Source: Myxococcota bacterium
Lineage (GTDB): Bacteria; Myxococcota_A; UBA9160; UBA4427
DNA length: 39,803 nt
NCBI GenBank assembly: GCA_036336835.1
Contig: JAYZFK010000045.1
Span: forward strand, 1 to 39,803
Direction: 5' to 3'
How positions within the stretch are numbered: position 1 is the first letter of the stretch; every line of letters starts with the position of its first letter. Of the stretch, positions 17,951-26,170 are shown in pieces. The translations under genes were made by a program, and so were the position numbers. The notes beneath the pieces are model-generated. The model ran no database searches and had not been told where the DNA came from. It saw only the letters and a program-made list of their open reading frames with translations.

Positions 17951-20900
17951 TCAACGGCGCCAGAAGGCGTCGAACTTGCCGCAGTCGAGCTTCTCGAAAG
18001 GCGCGAGCCGCAGGTTCTCGCCGGTCAGCGCCGCGGCGTCGGTGCCCTCGAAGCTGCGGTCGAGTGTGCCGTCGTAGTCGGAGTCTTCGTCCTGACGCAC
18101 GATGGCGTCGCCGTCCAGGTGCTGGACCACGTCGGGCACGCCGTCGGCGTTGGTGTCGGCTTCGATCCGAGCGCGTGTGCCCCTCACGTAGTGTTCGCGC
18201 GTGTCGACGCGGCCGTCCAGATCGGTGTCGATACGCGTCAGCACGAGCACCTCACCCTCGAACGCGACCGCCATCTCCAGGCGTCCGTCGAGGTCGCCGT
18301 CGACGCAGTGGAGCCGCACGCTCCCGTCGCGGGCGAAGACGAGGCGTTCGTTGGGCTTCGCCGAGCCGTCGGTGGCGAGCTCCTGGACCGTGGTCCGGCC
18401 CTCGGAGTCCAGCACGTTCAACACGTCGGCGCGGCCGTCACCGTCGGTGTCCTGCGCCTGACGCGCCAGTGTGCCCGAGCGAAAGTAGCTCCAGGTCGCG
18501 CTGCGGCACGAGCCCTCGGCCGCCCGCTCTTCGGCGATGACCGCGCCCGCGGCGTTCAGCCACTGGCGCAGATCGACACAGCCGCGCGCCTGCGTGTCGC
18601 TCTCGATTCGAGCCACCCGTCCGTTCTTGAAGAAAGCGGCGAAATCGCGCTTGCCGTCTCCGTTGCGGTCTTCCCGCTGCTCGAGGATCTCGCCCGCCTC
18701 GTTCGCGATGACCCAGACGTCGGTGGCGCCATCGCCGTTGGTGTCCTGCTCCTGGACGCGCCGGCCCGTCGCGTCGATCTCGGTCACTGTCTCGAAGACA
18801 CTGTCGAAGTCTGTGTCGTCCTGCGTGCGCGCCAGCGTGCCGTCCAGGTAGACCTCCACCAGATCGGCGATGCCGTCTGCGTTGCGGTCCTGCTCGCGGC
18901 GCACCAGCACGCCGGCCTCGAAACGCTGCAGCGTCTCGAGCACGCCGTCGCCATCACCGTCCTCTGCGATCACGGCGGGTCGTTCCTCGGCGTCGAAGTC
19001 GATCACGATCTCCGGCATGCCATCGCCCGTGCGGTCCTCTTCCTGGCGTTGTTTGCGGCCCTCGACGAACAGGATCACCACCTCGGGCACGCCGTTGCCG
19101 TCGGCGTCGGACTCGGAGCGGAGCGGCAGGTCGTTCGCGTAGCTTGTCGTGAGCTCGAAGGTGTCATCGAAGTCCGCGTCCGAGTCCTGACGCACGAGTT
19201 CGCCCGCGGTGTAGTGCTTGACGACGTCGACTCGGCCGTCCGCATTGGTGTCGAATTCTTCGAGCGTCGGCCGGGCCTCCTCGCCCGTCCACTCGAATGT
19301 GGTCGCGGAATCGAACACGCCATCGGCGGTCGTGTCGCGTTCCTGCCGGCGCATCCGCGCGGTGCCGCCCTCGTCGACTGCGAACTCGATCTTCGTATCG
19401 ACCGCTCCGTCTCCGGTCGTGTCGAGCTCCTGTCGCTGCTCGACTTCATGCTCGTACCAGGTGGTGGCGTCGTAGCGGCCGTCTGCTCGTGTATCCCGCT
19501 CATCGCGCTGCTTGACGCCAGCGTCGTAGTGGACGCGCAGGTCGAAAGCGCCGTCGCCAGTCGTGTCGCGCTCGTGGAGGGCCGTACGGCCCGTGCTGTC
19601 GAAGCTGCCGCGGCCGTCGGGCTGGCCGTCGTTGTCTTCGTCCTCTTCGAAGTGGATGGGGCTGCCGGCTTCGAACACCACGCTGCGGTCGATCACGCCG
19701 TCGTGATCGCGGTCCTCGCGCAGCTCGAGAGGCACGCCTTCGGCGTCGTTGCGGTGAAAGCTGTCGGCCCTGCCGTCGCCGTTGGTGTCGACTTCGAGCT
19801 CCGTCGCCTTGCCGGTGTCGCGGTCTAGCACGAGCCACTGGTCGACCGTGCCGTCGAGGTCGTCGTCGCGCTCCTGGCGCATCAGGTGCCCCTCGGCGTC
19901 GTAGTGGTTCCAGATCTCGCTGCGGCCGTCGCGGTCCGTGTCGAGCTCGACGCGCGCGAGCTGGCCGGATTCGAAGTATTCCGTTCGCTCTGGCGGAGCG
20001 TCTCCGGGGGAGCGGCTCGTGCGGCGCAACGGCTGACCGGCTGCGAACTCGGTGCGCGCCTCGAAATGGCCGTCGAAGTCGGCGTCGAGCTCTTCGAGGT
20101 CGATGCGCTCGTCGGCGTCGAAGTGGTAGCGCGCATCGACCGTACCGTCCGCGTTGCGATCTTCTTCCTGTCGCTCCTTGCGTCCGTTCGCGAAGGTTAT
20201 CGTGGTGTCGAAGGCGCCGTCGCCGGTCGAGTCGGCGCGCTGCAGGCTGGGGGTCCCGCCCGCAGTGAAGTCGGTCTCGAGGTCGAAGCGGCCGTCGTGG
20301 TCGCGGTCGCGCTGTTCGCGCGCGAGCACGCCGTCCTGGTAGATGCGCACCAGGTCGGCGCGGCCGGCACCCTGCGAGTCGATCTCCTCGCGCTCGAGCG
20401 CACCGTCGGGCAGCAGCCAGGCCGTGATCTCCGGCTGCCCGTCCAGGTCCTCGTCGCGCACGCGCTTGCGCTCGACGCCCTGCTCGAAGCTGGCGACCGT
20501 GTCGAAGCCGCCGTCGCCGGTCGTGTCCTGCTCACGCCGTACGATCTGCTCGCCGTCCTCCGTGTAGCGGGTCACGAGGTCGACATCGCCGTCGCCGTTG
20601 GTGTCGGCCTCGACGCGCGCTCGGATGCCGCCCGTGTATTCGATGGTGACGTCGAGCGCACCATCGCCCGTCGAGTCCTGTTGCTCGCGCAGCTTCGTGC
20701 CATCGGTGTCGAACTCCGCGCGCAGGTCGACCCGCTGGTCGTGGTCGCGGTCTTCTTCGATCCGCACGGGCTTGCCCTGCTCCAACCAGGTCCATAGGTC
20801 GATCTGCTGGTCGAAGTTCGAGTCCTCTTCGCTGGTCGCAGCTACACCGCGGTCGTAGATCACGAGCAGGTCGGTGTGGCCGTCGGCGTTGCGATCTTCT

Positions 20901-21253
20901 TCGCGAGTGGATGGGTGGTCGCCCGCGAACACGATCGTGCGATCCGGCTTGCCGTCGCCGGACTCATCGAATTCCTGCTTGATGAACTTGCCGTCCGTGG
21001 CGAACTCGGCCCACGCATCGATCCGGCCGTCGTGGTCGCGGTCGGTGGCGCCGCGCACGGCCTTGGCCTGCTCGTAGAAGACGAACTCGTCGGGCTCGCA
21101 GTCGCCGTTGGTGTCGGTCTGCTTCTCGCGAACGCGCTCCCCGTCGTCGTACAGGAATACCACCGCCGCGCAGCGCAACGGCTCGAGCGCGCTCGCCGGC
21201 GCGGCCACCGACAGGCCGAGCCAGGCCGCGAAGGCCACACGGAGGGAGCGCAC
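17951..21253 (-). CDS. Exported ~1100-aa tandem-repeat protein with ~42 DxDxDG-type putative Ca2+-binding beta-hairpin repeats
   Basis: Signal peptide (M)RSLRVAFAAWLGLSVAAPASA, then about 42 units of mostly 24-25 aa with consensus D-x-[DNT]-x-D-G-x-x-[DE]-x4-[FY]-x2-3-G-x7. GTG start at 21253 with GGAG upstream, 2 bp after the TonB-like gene stop. Confidence 0.8.
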   Translation of the reverse strand: MRSLRVAFAAWLGLSVAAPASALEPLRCAAVVFLYDDGERVREKQTDTNGDCEPDEFVFYEQAKAVRGATDRDHDGRIDAWAEFATDGKFIKQEFDESGDGKPDRTIVFAGDHPSTREEDRNADGHTDLLVIYDRGVAATSEEDSNFDQQIDLWTWLEQGKPVRIEEDRDHDQRVDLRAEFDTDGTKLREQQDSTGDGALDVTIEYTGGIRARVEADTNGDGDVDLVTRYTEDGEQIVRREQDTTGDGGFDTVASFEQGVERKRVRDEDLDGQPEITAWLLPDGALEREEIDSQGAGRADLVRIYQDGVLAREQRDRDHDGRFDLETDFTAGGTPSLQRADSTGDGAFDTTITFANGRKERQEEDRNADGTVDARYHFDADERIDLEELDADFDGHFEARTEFAAGQPLRRTSRSPGDAPPERTEYFESGQLARVELDTDRDGRSEIWNHYDAEGHLMRQERDDDLDGTVDQWLVLDRDTGKATELEVDTNGDGRADSFHRNDAEGVPLELREDRDHDGVIDRSVVFEAGSPIHFEEDEDNDGQPDGRGSFDSTGRTALHERDTTGDGAFDLRVHYDAGVKQRDERDTRADGRYDATTWYEHEVEQRQELDTTGDGAVDTKIEFAVDEGGTARMRRQERDTTADGVFDSATTFEWTGEEARPTLEEFDTNADGRVDVVKHYTAGELVRQDSDADFDDTFELTTSYANDLPLRSESDADGNGVPEVVILFVEGRKQRQEEDRTGDGMPEIVIDFDAEERPAVIAEDGDGDGVLETLQRFEAGVLVRREQDRNADGIADLVEVYLDGTLARTQDDTDFDSVFETVTEIDATGRRVQEQDTNGDGATDVWVIANEAGEILEQREDRNGDGKRDFAAFFKNGRVARIESDTQARGCVDLRQWLNAAGAVIAEERAAEGSCRSATWSYFRSGTLARQAQDTDGDGRADVLNVLDSEGRTTVQELATDGSAKPNERLVFARDGSVRLHCVDGDLDGRLEMAVAFEGEVLVLTRIDTDLDGRVDTREHYVRGTRARIEADTNADGVPDVVQHLDGDAIVRQDEDSDYDGTLDRSFEGTDAAALTGENLRLAPFEKLDCGKFDAFWRR

Positions 21254-21255
21254 GC

Positions 21256-22422
21256 TCAGGGCGTCCTCTCCACCGGGACAGTGAAGGTGCCGGAGAGCTT
21301 GCGGCCTGCGAGGCAGCGGACGTCGGCCTCCATGCTGGGGAAGGGCGCAGCCGCGACCAGTGCCTGCTTGCAGGATTCGCCGAGCGCTCGGCTCGGAGCA
21401 TCGACGACCTCGACTGCGCTCGCGGAGCCGGATTCGTCGAGCACGAAGTGAAGGACCACGCGCGCGTCGGCTTCGATTCCCTCGGGCAGTTCGAAGTGGC
21501 GCCACTCTGCGCGCGTGCGCTTCTCGACGTGGTCTTTGTAGTAGCGGACGACCGACTCGCGCTGCATGCAGGGCGCGGCAATGCCCGCCGTTCCGGTCCC
21601 GTCGGGGGTGCCGTAGCTCCTGGCGCCATCCACCAGCTCGGCATCGAGCGCGAAGCCCGTATCGGCAAAGGGGACGTCGATGTCGGCGGCGGTCACCGTC
21701 GCGGCGTCGGTGTACTGGATGTTCGCGGTCTCGGTGTACTCGCGAAACACCTGGGGCGCGGTCACGTCGACGTCCTCCGCCGGCGCGATGGTGCGCGGCC
21801 CGCTGAGGTCCAGCGTCGGCGCCGTCAGATCGCGGGCAGCGACGTTGCCCACCGGAACCTTCGCCACCTTCAGTGCCGAGGCGCCGGGCGACGAAAGCGT
21901 GCGCTGGGCGACCACGCGTTGGCTCGTCACCTGGCGTTGTGTGATCTCCGTGGGCGCTGCAGTGGCGTTGATGTTGGCCGGCTGCACCGCGCGCGGGGCG
22001 ACCGGCCGGACCGGCGGGCGCGCCACGGGTGTCGGGCGCGGCGCTACGCTGCGCACGCGGGTGCGCGCGACGGCGCGTCGCGGGACGACCACCCGTCGCG
22101 GCGGAGGCGTCGGGGCCTCGTGGATGATCTGGACAGGGATGAGGTGCTCGGCCACGTCTGGCGCCAGTCGCGCCGACAGCACCAGCAGGCCCACGATCAG
22201 CCCGTGCGCGCCGAGCGAGAACGAGCCCGACAAGATGGCCGCGCGGCTCGTTACCGGTTCGGGAAAGCCGAGCGAGGGCGCGTCCCCGGCGGGCGACAGC
22301 GTGGGGGCGCTGGCGAAGCCCGGGCCGAGACGGTGGTGCCGCCGCGCCCGGTGGCGCCGCCGCCGCCCCAGCTCGCTGCGCGAACGCGGCCAGCCGTCTC
22401 TGCTCGTGCCCTCGCCGCTCAC
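21256..22422 (-). CDS. TonB-like energy transducer (single TM, Pro-rich linker, TonB_C-like C-terminal domain)
   Basis: TM 'ILSGSFSLGAHGLIVGLLVL' carries the S-x3-H motif; Pro/Arg-rich linker; C-terminal 'RVVLHFVLDESGSASAVEVV...LGESCKQALVAAAPFP'. Start estimated at GTG 22422. Confidence 0.7.
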   Translation of the reverse strand: MSGEGTSRDGWPRSRSELGRRRRHRARRHHRLGPGFASAPTLSPAGDAPSLGFPEPVTSRAAILSGSFSLGAHGLIVGLLVLSARLAPDVAEHLIPVQIIHEAPTPPPRRVVVPRRAVARTRVRSVAPRPTPVARPPVRPVAPRAVQPANINATAAPTEITQRQVTSQRVVAQRTLSSPGASALKVAKVPVGNVAARDLTAPTLDLSGPRTIAPAEDVDVTAPQVFREYTETANIQYTDAATVTAADIDVPFADTGFALDAELVDGARSYGTPDGTGTAGIAAPCMQRESVVRYYKDHVEKRTRAEWRHFELPEGIEADARVVLHFVLDESGSASAVEVVDAPSRALGESCKQALVAAAPFPSMEADVRCLAGRKLSGTFTVPVERTP

Positions 22423-22683
22423 TCGTGGTCCCCCGGAAGGCCGCCTTGTCCCATTCTTGTCGGCGCGCCCACGGCGGCCTCCTGGATGGCTTGGATGCGC
22501 GCTGCGGCCACTTCGTTCTCCGCTACCGCCAGCTTTCTCGGCAACGTAAGAAAGCGGCGCTGTGACTGCAATTTCAGCAGTCCCTCGGCGCAGCCGACGC
22601 TCTGCAGCGGGCGGCGGCGCGCCGACGGCTCTTGTAATCTCGAGCCGACCCCAATGCATTGAACTCCCGGAGAAACGTGCACG

Positions 22684-23349
22684 ATGTTCACGCCGGAGCA
22701 CCTGCTCGAGCTGCTGAAGATGGGGTGGCTCACGAACGTCCCTCTTCTCGTTGGCTCCATTCTCACACTCGGGATCTTCTTCGAGCGTGTCTGGACGTTC
22801 CGCGGTCTCGAGGCGCGCTCGCGAGCCCTGGCGGGCTCGGTGATCGACCGATTGGTCGAGCGCGACCTGGCCGGCGCCCGAAGTGCCTGTGAGGGCGGCG
22901 ATACGCCCGTTGCGCACATGCTCTCCGAGGGGTTGCGCTGGCAGAATATCGATCTCGAGGATCTCGACCGCATCTTCGCCACCGAGCGGGCGGAGGCGGT
23001 GGCTGCGCTCAGGCGCGGGATCTGGGTGATTGGCACCGTGGGGTCGCTGGCGCCCTTCGTCGGCCTGTTCGGCACCGTGATCGGCGTGATCCGTGCCTTT
23101 GCGGACATGGCGACACACGGCACGGGCGGCTTCGCCGTCGTGGCCAATGGAATCGCCGAGGCGCTGATCGCCACCGCGCTCGGTCTGGGCGTTGCGATCG
23201 TTGCGCTGGCGCTGTTCAACTACCTCCAGGTGCGCGTCCAGGGGCTGACGGCCGTGTTCGCGCGCGCCTGCGAGCGGCTGCTACAGGCACTGCTCTACGT
23301 CGAATCATCGGCGGCGGGGCCGCAGGCAGCAGAGGCGAGGGCCGACTGA
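22684..23349 (+). CDS. exbB: MotA/TolQ/ExbB proton channel protein
   Basis: 'GTVGSLAPFVGLFGTVIGVIRAF', 'GIAEALIATALGLGVAI'; GGAG upstream. The ExbB versus TolQ distinction is not resolvable here. Confidence 0.9.
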   Translation: MFTPEHLLELLKMGWLTNVPLLVGSILTLGIFFERVWTFRGLEARSRALAGSVIDRLVERDLAGARSACEGGDTPVAHMLSEGLRWQNIDLEDLDRIFATERAEAVAALRRGIWVIGTVGSLAPFVGLFGTVIGVIRAFADMATHGTGGFAVVANGIAEALIATALGLGVAIVALALFNYLQVRVQGLTAVFARACERLLQALLYVESSAAGPQAAEARAD

Positions 23350-23768
23350 TGGGCGCCTCGGCACTTCCGTCCGGCGAGGACGAGTCCGACGGCATCGTCG
23401 CCGAGATCAACGTGACGCCGCTGACCGACGTCTTCCTGGTCCTGCTCATCATCTTCATGGTGACGACGACGGTGATCAACGACGAGAGCAAGAACATCGA
23501 TCTACCCCAGGCGACCGAGAGCGAGGAGACACCGAACGGGGTCACCGTTGCCGTCGACGACACGGGCATGCTGATGGTCAACGATCGTCGGGTCGCAGAG
23601 GACGATCTGCAGGCTGCGCTCGAGAGGGCGCTCGAGCTGGCTGAGCAGAAGATCGTGATTCTGCGCGGCGACAAGAACGTGCTGCTCGGTCAGGCGGTGG
23701 GAATCCTCGACATGGCTCAGCAAGCCGGTGCCAAGGGAATCGCGCTCGCGACGAAATCCCCCGATTAG
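23349..23768 (+). CDS. exbD: ExbD/TolR biopolymer transport protein
   Basis: 'AEINVTPLTDVFLVLLIIFMV' with the conserved TM Asp, 'IDLPQA', 'ILRGDK'; TGATG coupling to exbB. Confidence 0.9.
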   Translation: MGASALPSGEDESDGIVAEINVTPLTDVFLVLLIIFMVTTTVINDESKNIDLPQATESEETPNGVTVAVDDTGMLMVNDRRVAEDDLQAALERALELAEQKIVILRGDKNVLLGQAVGILDMAQQAGAKGIALATKSPD

Positions 23769-23816
23769 CTTTCGCCGCGAGTCACCGGGCGCCCGCTCTT
23801 CCCCCCGAGAAGGGGG

Positions 23817-25364
23817 CTAGGCGCCCTGTTGGCGCAGCCACACCAGCCCGCCCGCGATCAGCAGGACCTCTGGGAGCAGCATCCCCACGCCGTAGAACGC
23901 GCTCAGCGAGTTCTGCACGGGCACCGGAAATTGGAGCGTGGCGCCGGATTTCGGACGCAAAGTGATTTCGCTGTCGCGCTGCGTCGCCCAGTGGAGCGCG
24001 TTCATCACCAGGTCGAGATTGTAGAGGGCGCGCAGGTAGCGGTTGCTCGCGAGGTCGCTGTCACCGAATGCCACGATTCGCGTAGCGGTCGGCCCCTCGC
24101 GTCGGTACTCGCCGACCGCCACCAGCGCACGGTAGTCGGTCCGTGTGTCGGGGGGCTGCACGGGAGTGCGCATCCCGCTCAGCGCGTCCAGTTCGCGCGT
24201 CAGCCAGGCGTCCGCGCTCGTGGTGACCGCGGCGCGCAGGCGATCGTCGGGCCGTGGCTTGCGGAGCTCGAAGCTGCGCGCGCTCTGGAAGAACGTGACG
24301 CGGTTGCGATCGAGCCCCCTGGTCACCGGGTGGGCGCCGTAGTGGAAGGCGATCGGGGAGAGCATCGGTGCGGCGCCGTCGATATCGGCCGAGGCAGGGT
24401 CGACCACCAGCGCGTCGGGCGAGTGCAGGCCGTACTCGGCGAGCAGCGCTTCGAGGCCGCTGGTACTGCCGGGCTCGAGGAACGCGACGAGTCCGCCGCC
24501 GTGTTCGAGGTAGACGCGCAGCGCTTCCAGCGCCCCGCTGGCCAGGCGACGCGCGGGAGCCAGGGCGAGGATCGCCGCGGCGTCGGGCGGGACCTCGCGG
24601 ATGAAGGCGCTTGGCAGGGCGACGAGTTGGTAGCCGTCGGTGCGGAGCGCCTCGGTGAGGCCGGAGTACCCGCCGTCGTCCGTGCTCGCGAGATCTCCCT
24701 CGCCGGTGCCGACCAGCGCGTAGATGCGCACCAGCCGCGGGTTGGCCAGCCGCGAGAGCGCCTCGAACAACGCGCCCTCGGTGGGCCGGTCGACCAGCTC
24801 CCAGTCGTAGCGCTGGGTCGCCGGAGCGTCGCGGCGAACCAGCACGACGCTGTTGCTCGAGCCCACGCCATAGAGGTCGATGTCCTCGAGATCGTCGTGC
24901 AGATCGCGCGTGACCACCTCCGCACCCGCCACCTCGGCCAGGCGGTCGAGCAGCAGACGTGTGCGCCGGATCCGGGGATCGCCGGTGTCGGCGTAGAGCG
25001 CGATCCGCAGCCCGGGCCCGAGCCGCTCGAGCACCCGGGTCGTTGCTTCGGCCAGCTCGTAGCGACGCTCGAAGGTGAGATCGAGCCGCAGGCGCGCGTG
25101 CTCGGTCGCGACGGTCGCAGTGCCCGCTGCGGCGGCCGTCAGGGCGACGATCAGAGTGCCGCGCACCAGGAGAGTGCGCCCGGCCGGAGTTCCGGAGAGT
25201 TTGCCGCTGCGCAGGCCGCGTGCCGCGAGCACCGCGGCTGCGAGCAGGCTCGCCGCCCCCACCACCAGGTGGACGAGCGTGAAGCCCGAGAGCTCATCTT
25301 CGAGCTGGCGCGAGCCGAGCCCGAAGGCGAGTGCGACGAAGCCAAGCAGCAGGCACGCGCGCAT
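23817..25364 (-). CDS. GldG-like ABC transporter auxiliary membrane/periplasmic protein
   Basis: N-terminal TMs, 'RLDLTFERRYEL', 'IYALVGTGE', 'YLEHGGGLVAFLEP', 'RIVAFGDSD...NLDLVMNALHW', C-terminal TM ending 'GGLVWLRQ'. TGATG coupling at 25362-25366. Confidence 0.8.
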   Translation of the reverse strand: MRACLLLGFVALAFGLGSRQLEDELSGFTLVHLVVGAASLLAAAVLAARGLRSGKLSGTPAGRTLLVRGTLIVALTAAAAGTATVATEHARLRLDLTFERRYELAEATTRVLERLGPGLRIALYADTGDPRIRRTRLLLDRLAEVAGAEVVTRDLHDDLEDIDLYGVGSSNSVVLVRRDAPATQRYDWELVDRPTEGALFEALSRLANPRLVRIYALVGTGEGDLASTDDGGYSGLTEALRTDGYQLVALPSAFIREVPPDAAAILALAPARRLASGALEALRVYLEHGGGLVAFLEPGSTSGLEALLAEYGLHSPDALVVDPASADIDGAAPMLSPIAFHYGAHPVTRGLDRNRVTFFQSARSFELRKPRPDDRLRAAVTTSADAWLTRELDALSGMRTPVQPPDTRTDYRALVAVGEYRREGPTATRIVAFGDSDLASNRYLRALYNLDLVMNALHWATQRDSEITLRPKSGATLQFPVPVQNSLSAFYGVGMLLPEVLLIAGGLVWLRQQGA

Positions 25365-26170
25365 CAGCCGGTCACGCGTCGCAGATCGAGTGAGAGTCGG
25401 GCCAGTGCACTGGCGACGGCCGCGCAACCCGCGAAGTAGAGCAGGTCCGAGAGCGCGACGATCCCCTCGGCAAAGCGAACGAAGTGCGGCCGCAGCGCGA
25501 CGGCGTCGAGCGCAACCGCCACCTCCTCGCTGACCAGGCCGTGAGACCAGCCGAAGTCGTAGAGCCCGAACGAGATGGCCACGGTCGCGGCTGCGGCCAG
25601 GATCTGGCTCGAGGTGAAGGCCGAGCAGGCGAGGCCTATCGAGGCGATGCCGACCGCCAGCCCGAACAGGCCGAGGAAGACGGCCGCGAGGTGCTCGGCT
25701 CCGAGTCCTCCCTGTGCCATCGCCGTCAGCGGATAGACGAAGCTCGCCGCCATCATCAGCACCACGAACGAGAGCGTGGCGACGAACTTCGCCCCGACGA
25801 TGACGCTCGGTCGAAGCCCGCTCGCCAGCAGGAGCTCCTCGGTTCCGCGCGCTCGCTCCTCTGCGAAGACGCGCATCGTGACCAGTGGGATCGGAATGAT
25901 CAGCAGCAGCGACAGCTGATCCATCACCGGGTTGAACACGGTGTCGCGCAGGTTGATATGGTCGGGAATCGTGCCCGACTCGAATCCGCCCATCGTGGTG
26001 GACGCGAACAGGAACAGGATCTGGTTGTAGGCGCGAAGGTGCTCGAAGAACACGAATGCGGTCACGAAGGTGACCATCGTGAGCACGAGATAGGCGATCG
26101 GGGAGCCGAACAGCACCGCGAGTTCTTTGCGCAGCAGCGCGAATAGCGGTGTCAGCGGCGAGCGGCTCAC
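25364..26170 (-). CDS. ABC-2 type permease, GldF-like
   Basis: 'LRKELAVLFGSPIAY', 'TMRVFAEERARGTEELLL', 'IVGAKF', 'SAFTSSQILAA', 'DLLYF'. Confidence 0.85.
   Translation of the reverse strand: MSRSPLTPLFALLRKELAVLFGSPIAYLVLTMVTFVTAFVFFEHLRAYNQILFLFASTTMGGFESGTIPDHINLRDTVFNPVMDQLSLLLIIPIPLVTMRVFAEERARGTEELLLASGLRPSVIVGAKFVATLSFVVLMMAASFVYPLTAMAQGGLGAEHLAAVFLGLFGLAVGIASIGLACSAFTSSQILAAAATVAISFGLYDFGWSHGLVSEEVAVALDAVALRPHFVRFAEGIVALSDLLYFAGCAAVASALARLSLDLRRVTG

Noticed and set aside
17951..21253. Repeat protein as an RHS/YD toxin or an EF-hand protein
   Set aside because: No YD consensus, no PxxxxDPxG cleavage motif, no C-terminal toxin domain or immunity gene. The DxDxDG loops are flanked by strand-like rather than helical sequence, so they are not canonical EF-hands.
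17951..21253. Periodic DNA similarity as a CRISPR array or DNA tandem repeat
   Set aside because: The ~72-75-bp periodicity is degenerate and explained by protein repeats. There are no identical direct repeats with unique spacers and no cas genes in the window.
22561..22576. CRP-like site TGTGA-N6-TTTCA
   Set aside because: The second half-site matches only 3 of 5 positions; too weak to call.
23801..23816. CCCCC/GGGGG hairpin between exbD and the GldG-like gene as a terminator
   Set aside because: Short homopolymer stem with no clear U-tract; insufficient support.
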